DNA from: Octopus sinensis
Taxonomy: Eukaryota
Assembly (NCBI RefSeq): GCF_006345805.1
Contig: NC_042998.1
Coordinates: 162,564,001-162,628,000, forward strand
Length of the DNA stretch: 64,000 nt
Reading direction: 5' to 3'
Made by a program: the position numbers and the translations under genes. The notes under the pieces are model-generated. The model saw nothing but the letters and a program-made list of their open reading frames with translations, made no database searches and was not told the DNA's origin. Shown here in pieces: positions 41,487 to 55,174 of this stretch (positions within the stretch are counted from its first letter, which is position 1; each line of letters opens with the position of its first letter).

Positions 41487-42497
41487 TTAAACAACACCAA
41501 AAACGATTTAACTGGCTGCTGAAGATCAAAGACTAGGAAATGCAATTAAAACATCATGTAAGACATATATGGAAAAGATTAGGAAGAGCTAAAAGGGGAA
41601 AATATATTTTTTAAAGAATTAAAATTTTTACCAGCAAGTCTGTAATTATAAATTATAAAAACAAGGCAATAAAATAGATCAAGAATTATAACTATTTTGA
41701 TGTTTGTGAATGTTTAATCTGCTTGTTAACAACTAATTTTTAGTTGAGTTTTTGTCATTCCCAACAACTAAAAATGTTCAGTCTTTCTTGTCAGAAATGT
41801 GGAATTTTTTATTTAACCTCTGAGATCATCTCTTACTGAACCGATCTATGATCATAATCACTTATGTTTTTCTGCAGGCATGGCAGTGTGGTGAAAAGTT
41901 TGCTTTGCATCTCCATAATTACTTGTTCAGTCCCACTGAGTGGTACCTTGGGGACATGTCTTTTACTATAGCCCTAGATCAATAAAAGCCTTGAGTGTGA
42001 ATTTGGTAGATGGAAACTGCAAGAAGCCAATCATGTGTGTGTATGTGTGTGTTACTGTCTCCTTGTCTTGAATTCTTGTGATAGTTATAAACTAGTGTCA
42101 CCTTGAGGCAAATGATGTCCATCATTTTCAATCTTCCATGAAACCATGTCTGGTCATGGGGAATATTACATTGCTTAGAAACCATTGATGGTTGATGACA
42201 GGAAGAGCATCCAACCATAGAAAATTTGTCTCAGTGAATTATATCTGACCCATGCAAGTATGGTAACTTGGATGTTGTCATGAGAATGAAGATGAGGAGG
42301 ATGATATAGAGTATGCAGGCTATGATCTTGTAATGTATTTGTTTTTTGTTTTTTTTGCAAGACATCATATGATTTGAGGGATATTGAGCTACTACTTTTA
42401 ACAGTTTAAGCAACAACTTAGAGATTACTCCATTATCAACTAAGCATGCTACCATTGACACACACACTGACTATTTTCAATTTTTCCAGAAAGAAAT

Positions 42498-42906
42498 TAC
42501 TCTTTTACTCTTTTACTTGTTTCAATCATTTGACTGCAGCCATACTGGAGCACCACCTTTAGTCGAGCAAATCGACCCCAGGACTTATTCTTTGTAAGCC
42601 TAGTACCTATTCTATCGTTCTCTTTTGCTGAACCGCTAAGTTATGGGGACACAAACACACCAGCATTGGTTGTCAAGTGAGGTTGGGGGGGGGACAAACA
42701 CAGACACACAAACACATAAACATACACACACATATATATATACGACGGGCTTCTTTCAGTTTCCGTCTACCAAATCTACTCAAAAGGCTTTGGTAGGCCC
42801 GAGGCCATAGTAGAAGACACTTGCCCAAGATGCCATGCAGTGGGAATGAACCTGGAACCATGTGGTTGGTAAGCAAGCTACTTAGCACACAGCAACTCCT
42901 GCGCCT
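42498..42906 (-). mobile_element. SINE family A, full length
   Basis: Reverse complement of family A. Confidence 0.9.
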
Positions 42907-42916
42907 ATAAGATAAT

Positions 42917-43022
42917 AAAATATGGAACACCTCATGAATTTGCATGTCATCCTTGCGCAGGGGCCATGCTAACCTTCTCTGTAGCATTCCAATTTTAGAA
43001 TATGTACTGCCGTAGCTAGTTA
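42917..43022 (-). pseudogene. RNU6: U6 snRNA full-length copy, likely pseudogene
   Basis: Minus: ..CGGCAGTACATATTCTAAAATTGGAATGCTACAGAGAAGGTTAGCATGGCCCCTGCGCAAGGATGACATGCAAATTCATGAGGTGTTCCATATTTT; ACAGAGA box intact; multiple substitutions including CpG-decay type. Confidence 0.93.
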
Positions 43023-44878
43023 TTACTGCAAATGTTTTGTAATAACAGCAACAAAAAAGAACTATAAACGTTTTATTTTAATCATTTCTGATGTGAGATT
43101 TACCAAATAATTTGGTAACCACCCATTACATTTAGATTAGATTCAGTTTTATTGTTAAAATATCCAGCTCTAGTGAATGCAAATGTTGAATTCAAAGCTG
43201 AAAGCAAAAAGTAGTAATAACAATTAATAGATACACGTTAGCACAAATAATAAACATTAACTAATCATAGTGAGTGAACACAATTGCATTAACAAGTTAA
43301 TAAAAGACTCATGTGGTCACACAACTTGCTTGAAATAATAGCCAAATCTCCTTCAGATTACTCTAGTAAATCTTGGGCATGGTCTGTGCACAATGGCTTA
43401 GTGAAAAATGAAGGATTACATTAGGCTGAGGAAAAAGTTCATGCGCTGTGTTAAAATAATGCTTTTTTATATATTTTTGTGGTGTGCGTGTTCATTCAGT
43501 TCATGTCATGTTCTATGGTGACTCATGGCGCACAAACTTTTCCTCATAGGATTATTATATCCTTTGTTGCTCTCTTATGCCTAGGTTAAAGCAGATGTGG
43601 ATCATGTGTTAACCTATTTACAATAAAAATATAGAACAACCTGAGGATCAACAGATAGCAACATTCAATAGAAAATCAACAAATCCAGGTTGTGAAGTTT
43701 CAAACTTTGGTTGTCATTGTGGTATTGGCTGCTTTAATGGTATCTGACATTTGTATTCATGATGGTTTGGATAGAAGTTAAGAGTGTATCCTTTATAGAC
43801 GTAGTTGCAGGCATGGCTGTTTGGTAAGAAAGTAAGAATTTTGCTTCTAAACCACATGGCAGAGGGTTTATCATCATCGTCAACTTCATCATCATCATTT
43901 AACGTCCGTTTTTCATGCTGGCATGGGTTGGAAGGTTTGTCAGGAGCTGGCAAGGCTAGGGCCTGCACCAGACTCCATAGTCTGTTTTGGCTGGGTTTCT
44001 ACAGCTGGAAGTCTTTGCTAATACTAACCACTTTACAGGGTGTACTGAGTGCTTTCTACACAGCACCAGCACCAGTGCTTTACACATAAAAATTGTAAAT
44101 AATGAGAACAAATTGTATTGTAAAATTTTTATTTGTGGATAGTGATTTCCTGTGTTTATGTCACTCTTGTGTTTGCACCTTGAGACTTTCCAGTTCAACA
44201 GGTCATTTTTATGGGAGAGCCATTATACATACATACCTGTAATTATTGAGGCGCTGGGATATGTAACCTAAGAACCGATCTGATTCGAAGTCTAGAGATC
44301 GAAGCCATCACTGGAAATGTAAAAATTTATAAAACTTTCCAGTTTATCATTTAAGCGATTATGCACTTGTCTAGATATGCAACTATATGCATGAGAATTC
44401 ATATGTAAAGCAAAACACAGTCTTCAAATACTGCACCTGTACACACACATGCAAAAATACTTTGTTGATGTTGCTGAAATTCCAATGAAGGAGTCTTAGA
44501 TCAAGATTAGAAACTGGCTCTTTCTCTGTGAACAAGAAATCTTGAAATGAAACTAAATAATGACATGTGCATAGATTGTTTTTTAAGTGGTGTACAGATT
44601 TTATTTATTAAGGATTTGGATTAAAACTATTTATTTAGTGCTTTTCTGAATTCACTGTAAATGAATGAATCCTTATAGAAAATTCATACCTTTTATATAT
44701 ATGTGAGTTAGTTAAAAAAAATGTAGTGTTGAATTCGTTTTCTTGGGTTTAAGAAAGAGGGTGTTTTGTGAGTGGTTTTTGAGATGTTCTTTATCATATT
44801 GAATCTATGTGTATGTGTATATTATGTGTGTTTAAGCATGTATGTGTAAGCAAGTGTGTTTGGTGAATTTTTAAACAA

Positions 44879-45057
44879 GATGCAGACATAGTTGTAAGGT
44901 AAGAAACTTGATTCCCAACCACATGATTCTAGGTTCAGTCCCACTGCATGTCACCTTGGGCAAGTGTCTTCTACTATAGCCTTGGGTCAACCAAAACCTT
45001 GTGAGGGGATTTGATAGCCAGAAACTGAAGGAAGCCCATTGTGTGTGTGTGTGTGTG

Positions 45058-45119
<62 letters not shown>

Positions 45120-45344
45120 TGTCTGTCTGTCTGTCTGCGTCTGTGTTTGTCCCTACACCATCGCTTGATAACTGATGTTGGTGTGTTTACTTCCCTGTAA
45201 CTTAGCAGTTCAGCAAAAGAGATTGATAGAATAAGTACTAGGCTTAAAATAGGTAAGTCCTGGGTTCGATTTGTTCAACTAAAAACCTCTCTAGGTGGTG
45301 CTCCAGTATGGCCACAGTCAAATGATTGAAACAAGTAAAAGAAT
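44879..45344 (+). mobile_element. SINE family A with long internal (GT)n
   Basis: Colinear with family A. Confidence 0.85.
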
Positions 45345-45741
45345 AGAACATATATGAGAGATTATTGGAGGCTTGGCTAGAGAGAGAGAGAGAGGGGAGA
45401 GAAAAAAAGAGAGAAAGAAAGAAAGGGTTGTTTTTCTGGTATGGTTGAAATTGATGACAGGTCAAAGAGATCAAATATTTTATCAATTACAATAAATTTC
45501 TTTTAGCCATTGTGTGACCAATGAAATTTTTGGTTAGGTGTCATGTTACCCAGCTACAGAAAATAGAATCTATCAAATTGTTTGTGAATGTTTTTAAATG
45601 TGTGTGTGTCAGTGTGTGTCAGTGTGTGTGTTTAAATGCATGCATGTGAGAGAGTTTATGTGTTGTGTGTTGGTTCTTTCAGTGAATTTTTCAAGATATT
45701 TTAAAATAACTGGAAAAATTCACTTAAAGAACCAACACACA

Positions 45742-45908
45742 ACACACACACACACACTTTTTCATACACATATACTCATTCACACACACACACAGTTTTT
45801 CATACACATATACTCATTCACACACACACACACACTTTTTCATACACATATACTCATTCACACACACACACACACTTTTTCATACACATATACTCATTCA
45901 CACACACA
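45742..45908 (+). repeat. ~40-bp minisatellite x4
   Basis: (CA)n-TTTTTCATACACATATACTCATT repeated. Confidence 0.9.
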
Positions 45909-46065
45909 TTTAAAAACCTTTCAAACAATTTGATAGATTTCAACTAACAGCTGAGTAAAATTTTGTCAGTCACACAATGACCAAAAGAAATTGATTGCAA
46001 ATGGAAAAAAAAATTGACCTCTTGGATCTGTCATCAATTTGAACCATCCCAGAAAAATACCCTTT

Positions 46066-46106
<41 letters not shown>

Positions 46107-46482
46107 ATTTATTTCTCTCTCTCTTTCCTTCTTTCTCTCTTTTTCTTTTCTTTTTTCTCTCTCTAAACAAGCCTCCAAAAATCTCTCATATATGCTTCAT
46201 TTAAAAATTCCCCACACACACACTCATGCTTACACACACACACACAGATTCAAAATGATCAAGAACATCTTAAATAACCTCTCCCAAAATATGCTCTTTC
46301 CAAAACCCAAGGAAACAAACACAGCTCCACATTTTTTTTCAACTAACTCATACCTCTATAAAAGGTATGAATTTTCAATAAGAAATCCTTCATGAAGAAT
46401 CCCTGAAAGAGACAAAAGCACTAAAAGTTTTAGTCAAATCTTGACAACCATTTTTTTTTCATAGTATGTGTACATAGTATAT

Positions 46483-46878
46483 AGGTGTAGGAGTGGCTGT
46501 GTGGTAAGTAGCTTGCTTACCAACCACATGGTTCTGGGTTCAGTCCCACTGCGTGGCACCTTGGGCAAGTGTCTTCTACTATAGCCTCGGGCCTACCAAA
46601 GCCTTGTGAGTGGATTTGGTAAACAGAAACTGAAAGAAGCCCGTCGTATATATGTATAAATATATATATGATATATATATGTGTATGTGTGTACGTTTGT
46701 GTGTCTGTGTTTGTCCCCACCAACATTGCTTGACAACTGATGCTGGTGTGTTTACATCCCCATAACTTAGCGGTTCTGCAAAAGTGACCGGTAGAATAAG
46801 TACTAGGCTTACAAAGAATAAGTCCTGGGGTCGATTTGATCCACTAAAGATGGTACTCCAGCATGGCCACAGTCAAAA
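46483..46878 (+). mobile_element. SINE family A
   Basis: Colinear with family A; tail truncated. Confidence 0.9.
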
Positions 46879-47358
46879 AAACACTGTCCTAGAAGACCCA
46901 TCCCATCCAATGGAAGTAAGGAAAAAAATTCAGCTGCTATTTCTAGCAAGCTGTATTACCACACAGAAAGTCTCTTATTAGCTTATTAATGAAATTATGG
47001 TTATTCATGGCGATCAGTTACTGTTTATTTACTATGTTAATTTATATCTGTTAATTATCATTAGTACAGTTTTGCGTTCAGTTTTGATGTAAACAATGAT
47101 GATGTTTGCTTGTTTTTCTTATGCTAGCATGACTTAGAAGGTAATTTAGGCAGGATTTTTATGGCCAGATGCTCTTTGTGTTGCCAACCCTCATAGAGTT
47201 TTCAAATAAGGGATGCTTTTATTCCAAAGGTAATTTGAAAGTGGAGAGGACAAATTTTTGATAGAAAATATCAATAAACATTTGCCTGTTGCCACCCAGC
47301 GACAAATGATGATGTCATTGTTTGTAGCCATTGCTCAGTAAAGTTTGTAAAAATTCAT

Positions 47359-47418
<60 letters not shown>

Positions 47419-48331
47419 GCACATGCTCACATCGCAGGATTTTTTGACTTTCTGTCAAACAAATTCTTTCACAATGTATTTGTCAGCACAGAGCCTGAAT
47501 AGAAGATACTCATTTAAGATGCAGTGCAGTGGATAGATCCTGAACCCACATGGTTGAAAAGCAAAATTCTAAACCACACTACCACACTTATTTCCCAACT
47601 GCGTGCACCTGTGTGTGTGTGGGTTACTTTGATCATAAATTTGCTGGATCAGAAATACCCCAATGTTCCTGAACAAAAATCATCCAAGCAATAACAACTT
47701 GGCTTTCATTCTTCTTAACTTTGTTAAAAATCTTAACCTGGCTTTCATGCCTGTCCATTTCATCAACTTAGTAGAACGAACGACTAAATAGTCTTTTGGC
47801 TGGATTTGAACTATACATAACTCTTATCTCAGTACTTTTTGCCAACTCATTTGTCCATGGTTTACATATAAGAAAGCAAACAGCTTCTGATAAATAAATT
47901 ATCTCCAAACCTTGTCTTTCAGCTGTAGTGTAGTGAATATCATTGGTCATTATTTGTGTGTGCTCTGCAGAACACAGCCAATATAATTTTCACATCATCA
48001 TTACTCTAATACTCACTTCAGTCCAAAACAACCCACACCCCAGGCAGTCGTGGCGCCAGTATAAAATCTTCTACATACAACACATCTTCTTGTGTGAAAT
48101 TCACTGCTGGTGGCAATATATCTACATTAGAGGACTGAAATTTATGCTCCTCTGCACCAGTGCTTCGAATTTGACAACTAATTTGCCTATAGTTGCCAAC
48201 ATTGGAGAAATTGCTACAGGGTTTGGTCAAAAGGAATGAGTGTAATTGTCCAAGATGGTGTCAAGAGATCTACTGACAGTGCTTTCTTGAAATTTTTCTT
48301 TAGTGTGTGTGTGTGTATACATACATACATA

Positions 48332-48399
<68 letters not shown>

Positions 48400-50702
48400 T
48401 ATACATATATGTCAGTGAATGTGAATCTGTTTTGCATATGTACATATTTAAATACGTGAATACATACACACACACAAATCGTGTGTGCATGTGTATACAT
48501 ACATGTGTGTGTGTGTGTGTGTGGCTATAAGTGTACGCATACTAAGTAGATATTCACATATATAGAGTGGTGAACATTGGTGTTTCAAAAAGTGAAACAA
48601 GCACTCAATACATGGAACATGTGTATTTTAATACAACTTGATGTTTCTTGAAATATGTAACTCTGAATTTCATATTAGTGATTATTCAAACAAATGGTGG
48701 AGTGAAACAGCATTACAATATAAATAATAGTACTTGCAAATACATTGAAATATGATTAGTTATTTGTAGATCGAGGTTTGATTGATTGCCAAGAGCACAT
48801 TAGAAATTTATACGTCATCTTTACAATTGTCATAAACAGAAAAGATGATACATTCATGTATTTATGTATGAAAATCTGAAATTTTTTCCTCGTCTACAGT
48901 AACATGTGTACAAAACTTATGTGAGCAAGGGATGTACCTATTAATGAATATTTTTCTTGTTGATAAATAAATTAATGGCTTTTTTAATATAAGACCACCT
49001 TCAATTATGCAATAACTAAACTAGTTAGCCTGTTGGTAGCCAGAAGTTCTTTAGTAATTAGAAATCAATGTATCTGTGAGAATTCAGCAATACCATATGT
49101 TCTTGAAAATTGCAGAAGATTATACTCGAATCATGTGTTATTCATGTGAGACAGAGGCCATATCTTCTGTAATTATTAATGTAGGGTATTCTCATTTTGT
49201 AATGAATGAAGTCATTTTATTATCCTTTATATCCCAGATATACTGGAATAATGATGTAGTAAGGTATCTTTCTGAATGCATACTCATGTTGCAATAATCT
49301 ATTTTAAAGAGTTTTTGAACAAGTCTTATATACTCTTTTTGCTTTAGTTACCTGCATGAGAGACTATAGCCAAATAAACTGAACATTTTAAAAATTACAA
49401 GCAGAAGGAGAGTTTGGAGTATTCATAGTAGAAAAACTTCTTTTATTTATTGCTATGGAAACAGTAAAGATTTTGGCACATCTGTAGCTGACCTTAATGC
49501 ATTTTTGCCTTAAAGATCTTATAAAATCTGTGGTCTACAGAGAAATGCTTAGCCATAAGTTTTTGGAAAAATCCTGTCCATTGCTTCAAAGTTAGAATGC
49601 ATTTCCTACAGGTCTACATGAATATTCTAAGAACAGAAATAAAATGTTTTACAACATAATCCAAAATGATCATACCTAGGCTTCAGTCTCTAACGATGTG
49701 TGTATGTAAGCAAATTTAAACTCACAGTACATGTAGAAGGACGCTTGTGAGGGGCAAGAATACAGAATGGTATGTAGGAGAAAGCGGGAAAATATAAGTA
49801 AAGTGATGATAATATATTGAAGCAAAGAATAAAAGCTGTTAGGGTGGAATTAATGACAAGCATGTGATAAATTCCAGAGATAATTAAAGCTTGTACAATG
49901 TCATTCAAAGGGTGACTTGAAGAATTACTGGATAAATTTCTTTTGGTGGGGGTATGAAGAACTTAGCGGCAGTTTGGAATTTAACAGGTTAAGAAGTTGT
50001 ATCAAAGTAATGAATTTTTAAGATCAGCAAAGGGGCCACTTGTGTAGAAGACAACCAGAAATATTCTTTTTTATAGCCACCAATGATACCAGAAACCATA
50101 CCATTTTAATTCTGTCATTCAATAACTTCTGATTCTACACCGTTCATTAAATCTAAGTAAATTCATTAAAGAGTTACAAATCATCAACAGTCAAAGACAA
50201 CCACCAACTCTTAAAAAAACTCTCAACAAAAGAGAAAATTAAGTAATACGAAATTATGTAGGTAACATTATGTGAAGACTTTCTGTGAAGAGCATTTGAT
50301 TTAATTGAACAGAATAAAATCACAAGTTCATAAATAAGAAAGAATTCAACATTAATGCAAATATGAATTGCAAAAGAAAAACACTTAATTTACTGCATCA
50401 CATGTCCACAATTTAATGAGGACTATATTTGTCAAACAGGAACAAAATTAATTAAGTCTGTGTACATAAAGATCCATCTGTTGGAAATGTTTCATGTAGA
50501 CATTTGTGCAAATGGGTGATTCAAAATGTTTCCCTTTTTGAAAATATAAGTTGGAGGGATAGGGAGGGAAGGGTCAGTGACAAGTATAAAGGGTGGATAT
50601 TGTTGAGGGATTTATATTGAGAATGGTGTAATAAAGGGTTACCAATGATACTGGAAAGCAAAGAGCTGCAGAAGAGTTATGATGATACAACAGACTAGGG
50701 AC

Positions 50703-50740
<38 letters not shown>

Positions 50741-50913
50741 TAGACAGGTATGTGGGTTAGTGTGTGGTGTGAGCAAGAAACATATGGTAGTGGAGAAGGC
50801 GACATAATTTGGTAGTTCAGTGATAACTAATGTTGGTTAAGAGAAAATTGGCTGCTATTTCTAGCAGCTTAAAGGATCCTGTTGAGGCTCCCATATTCCT
50901 TTGAATGTGTGTA

Positions 50914-50948
<35 letters not shown>

Positions 50949-51244
50949 TATATATATATATACATACATATACGTAGATAGATATATATATATAGATATA
51001 TATATGTATATATATATATATATATATACATACATATACGTAGATATATATATATATTATATATATATATATGTATATATACTTATATGTATGTATGTAT
51101 GCATGTATGCATATGAAATTATTTTATGTCTATCTAACTGTACAAATCAAAGATTCATACATTGACTCAAACACATGCTAACACTTACACAGAAGCTCTC
51201 TCTCTCTCTCACACACACTTTCTAATATACACACATATATTCCT

Positions 51245-51279
<35 letters not shown>

Positions 51280-51764
51280 CATACACACATACACACAAAC
51301 ACAAACGCACACAAACACAGACACATAGTTAAACATATGTCTGTGAATAGGCATAAACAGACATACACTTATTCAGAGTCATAGGCTAACACGTGACCAA
51401 AGACAACAATATTAAAAAAAAAAATACCTATACTTGATAGGTAACTGATATTTCATTTGAGCACACTAAGGTGTGAATCTGTGCAGGTGTGAATCTAGGA
51501 TATCAGAGATTTATGCTTTATCTATTAATCTGTTTATTTTTATATCTACTTACCTATCTACCTATCACGTGTATGTATGCATATATACATACATATATAT
51601 ATACACACAAGCATGCACACACACATACACATATATATATATAAATAGATACACACACATATATAATTATGTTTATATATGGATATGTGAGAATATATTC
51701 ATCCATTTCTCTATTTACCTATCTATATACGTATCAAATTCTTATCTATCAAGCTATCTACCTA

Positions 51765-51922
<158 letters not shown>

Positions 51923-52779
51923 TTCTTATCTGTTTGATGTTACTCTGTTGTGTTTATTTATTTACATATCACAACTTACAATTGGAGAGGCAAAACTCTG
52001 TTCAAATTGACAGAGCATCTGTGTCTCCGTCTGTCAGTCTGTCTGTCTCTCTTCTTTCCGCTCTCTAAACTCAATAAGGAAATGGAGGTGGGAATAATTG
52101 GACAGAGGAGGGGCTGTTTTAACTGAGGGGAAATTTTAATAATTGATATAAATGAATAGGTAGACAGACAGATAGACAGATATATATAAATAAAGATAAG
52201 TAAATAAGCATAGAATTGGACATCTCTCAATCTGACACATCAACATCACACAATCACTCACCATTCTACTAAAAGAAGAGAGAAAAAAAAAGAAATCTAA
52301 ACCTAAAACTGTGATTCCTATTAAAAATTGCATGTGATTTTTGATTGAGTCTCTGCATATGATTATGGATATGTGTGCCTGTGTGCATTTGTGTATAAGT
52401 ATGGCTTTATTTATCATTATGTATCATTATGTAAATGTGTTTTTACACATATGTGTATGAGTGTTTGTTTGTATGTATGTATGTATCAATAAATATTTTA
52501 AACATAATCATATAAACACTAATTTGATTTGAGATTGAAAAAGTATATCTTCCTGTCTCTCACTCCCATATATATATATATGTGTGTGTATGCAAGCATG
52601 TATATGTATATACACACACACACACATATATACATATATATATTATATATATATATATACATATTCACATTCATACATACACACATTTATATATATATAT
52701 ATATATATATTCACATTCATACATACACACATGTGTGTATAATATATATTATATATATATTATATATATATAAATAATA

Positions 52780-53080
52780 TATAATTATGTAGTATGTATA
52801 TATTATGTATGTATGTTATTATATATGTATGTATGTATATATATATGTATGTATGTATTATATATGTATGTATGTATATATTAGTATGTATGTATATATA
52901 TAGTTATGTATGTATATATATGTATTGGTATGAGATATAATATATGTATGTATGTTATATATTATATATAATGTATGATGTATATAATATGTATATGTAT
53001 GTAGTATGTATGTATGTATGTATATATATGTATGTATGTATATATATGTATGTATGTATATATATATATATGTATGTATG

Positions 53081-53115
<35 letters not shown>

Positions 53116-53229
53116 GTATATATATGTATGTATGTATGTATATATATGTATGTATGTTATATATATATGTATGTATGTATGTATATATATGTATGTATGT
53201 ATGTATATATATATGTATGTATGTATGTA

Positions 53230-53262
<33 letters not shown>

Positions 53263-53335
53263 ATATGTATGTATGTATATATATATATATATATATATGT
53301 ATACACATGCACACACACATATATACATGTATATA
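52780..53335. repeat. (TATG)n/(TA)n compound satellite
   Basis: Direct reading. Confidence 0.95.
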
Positions 53336-53631
53336 TGAGAGGGTGATACAGTCTTTTTCAATCTCTCATCAAATAAGTTTAAATAATCTCTCTCCCTGAG
53401 TGTGTATGTCTATCATCATTATTATTCAATGGCTGTCTCCAATGCTGGCTTGAGCTGGACAGTTTGAAAGGAGCTGGTAAGCCAGAGCACTGCACCAAGA
53501 TCTATTGTCTACTTTGACATGGTTTTACGGTTGGATGTCTTTCCTAATGCCAACCACTTTTTCAGATTGTACTGAATGTTTTTTATTTGGCACCAGCAGC
53601 AGTGAGGTCACCAAGTAATTTGCAAAACAAA

Positions 53632-53722
53632 GCACCTTGGGCAAGTGTCTTCTAGTATAGCCGTGGGCCAACCAAAGCCTTGTGAGTGGATTTGGTAGAT
53701 GGAAACTGAAAGAAGCCCGTCG

Positions 53723-53755
<33 letters not shown>

Positions 53756-53964
53756 TTATGTGTTTGTGTTTGTCCCAGCAACATCTCTTGATATCCAATA
53801 CTGGTGCGTTTACATTCCTGTAGCATAGCAGTTCGGCAAAAAGAGACCAATAAAGTAAGTACAAGACTTACAAAGAATAAGTCCTGGGGTCGATTTGCTC
53901 GACTAAAAAAGTGGTACTCCAGCATGACCACAGTCAAATGACTGAAACAAGTAAAAGAATAAAA

Positions 53965-53968
<4 letters not shown>
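53632..53968 (+). mobile_element. SINE family A, 5'-truncated
   Basis: Begins GCACCTTGGGCAAGTGTC. Confidence 0.9.
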
Positions 53969-54001
<33 letters not shown>

Positions 54002-54433
54002 AACAATGGACAACTGCCAGCTCATTACAGAAGAATGAGAACATTACATCATTGTAAAAGATCATAATCATCAGCTGAAAAGTAATTTTTACAAAGCAAA
54101 GGAATATCCCAAAAATACAGCCAGGATGTGACTAGAGTCTGTCGAGGGCAATTGTGAAATGGGAGAATAAATAGCTATGTTGGCCATTTAGGTTAAGAAA
54201 AGGGTGCAATATGATATCCAAGGTCAGTGACCTGGGCAAGAAGGAGTTTGCTAGGTTAGATTCTAGGTAGGCTGAAGTGGAGTGTTGGAGATAAATTATT
54301 ATAGTAAGCTTGGTGTATTGGTAAGTAAAGAGAGTTCATAAAACAATTAAGGATAAGGGAAAAAGAAAGGATAAATAATCAAATATAAATGTAAAGGGGA
54401 AAATAAATATTACATATTACAATATTACACATA

Positions 54434-54820
54434 AGCACAGGAGTGGCTGTGTGGTAAGTAGTTTACTTACCAACCACAATGGTTTTGGGTTCATTCCCAC
54501 TGTGTGGCACCTTGGGCAAGTGTCTTCTACTATAGCCTTGGGCCGACCAAAGATGGAAACTGAAAGAAGCCTGTTGTATATATGTATATATGTATGTGTG
54601 CGTATATGTTTGTGTGTTTGTGTTTGTCCCAGCAACATCTCTTGATATCCAATACTGGTGCGTTTACATTCCTGTAGCATAGCAGTTCGGCAAAAAGAGA
54701 CCAATAAAGTAAGTACAAGACTTACAAAGAATAAGTCCTGGGGTCAATTTGCTTGACTAAGGGTGGTGCTCCATCATGGCAGCAGTCAAATGACTGAAAC
54801 AAGTAAAAGAGTAAAGAGTA
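54434..54820 (+). mobile_element. SINE family A with small internal deletion
   Basis: Colinear with family A. Confidence 0.9.
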
Positions 54821-55174
54821 TATACTCATAGAAACAGAGAGAAGGAGGGAGGTGTGCTTGGGTCCACAAGTAGCTGTGAGAGAACTCAATATTTTATGCA
54901 TAATATTTTATTAGCTTTGAAGAAAATGTAGGCTCTTAAGTTACTCTTATTCTCTCACAATCTCAGCTAATAAAAGATGTGTGTCTGTATGTGTGTATGT
55001 ATATGTGTATGTATATGTATGGGCCCTATCCAGGGTTACAGAAAGGAGACAACCTTCAAAGAAATCTGGAGTGGAGCCCCATAGGCGGTTTAGTGTTTGA
55101 CTTGACACTCTTCCAGCAGCTCCTGCAACCAAGCTGGTGCCAAACTTAATGCTCTGCACTCCTTTGGACTACAT

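Noticed and set aside
49500-50250. Possible degraded retroelement coding region
   Set aside because: No diagnostic motif recovered in the frames I read by eye
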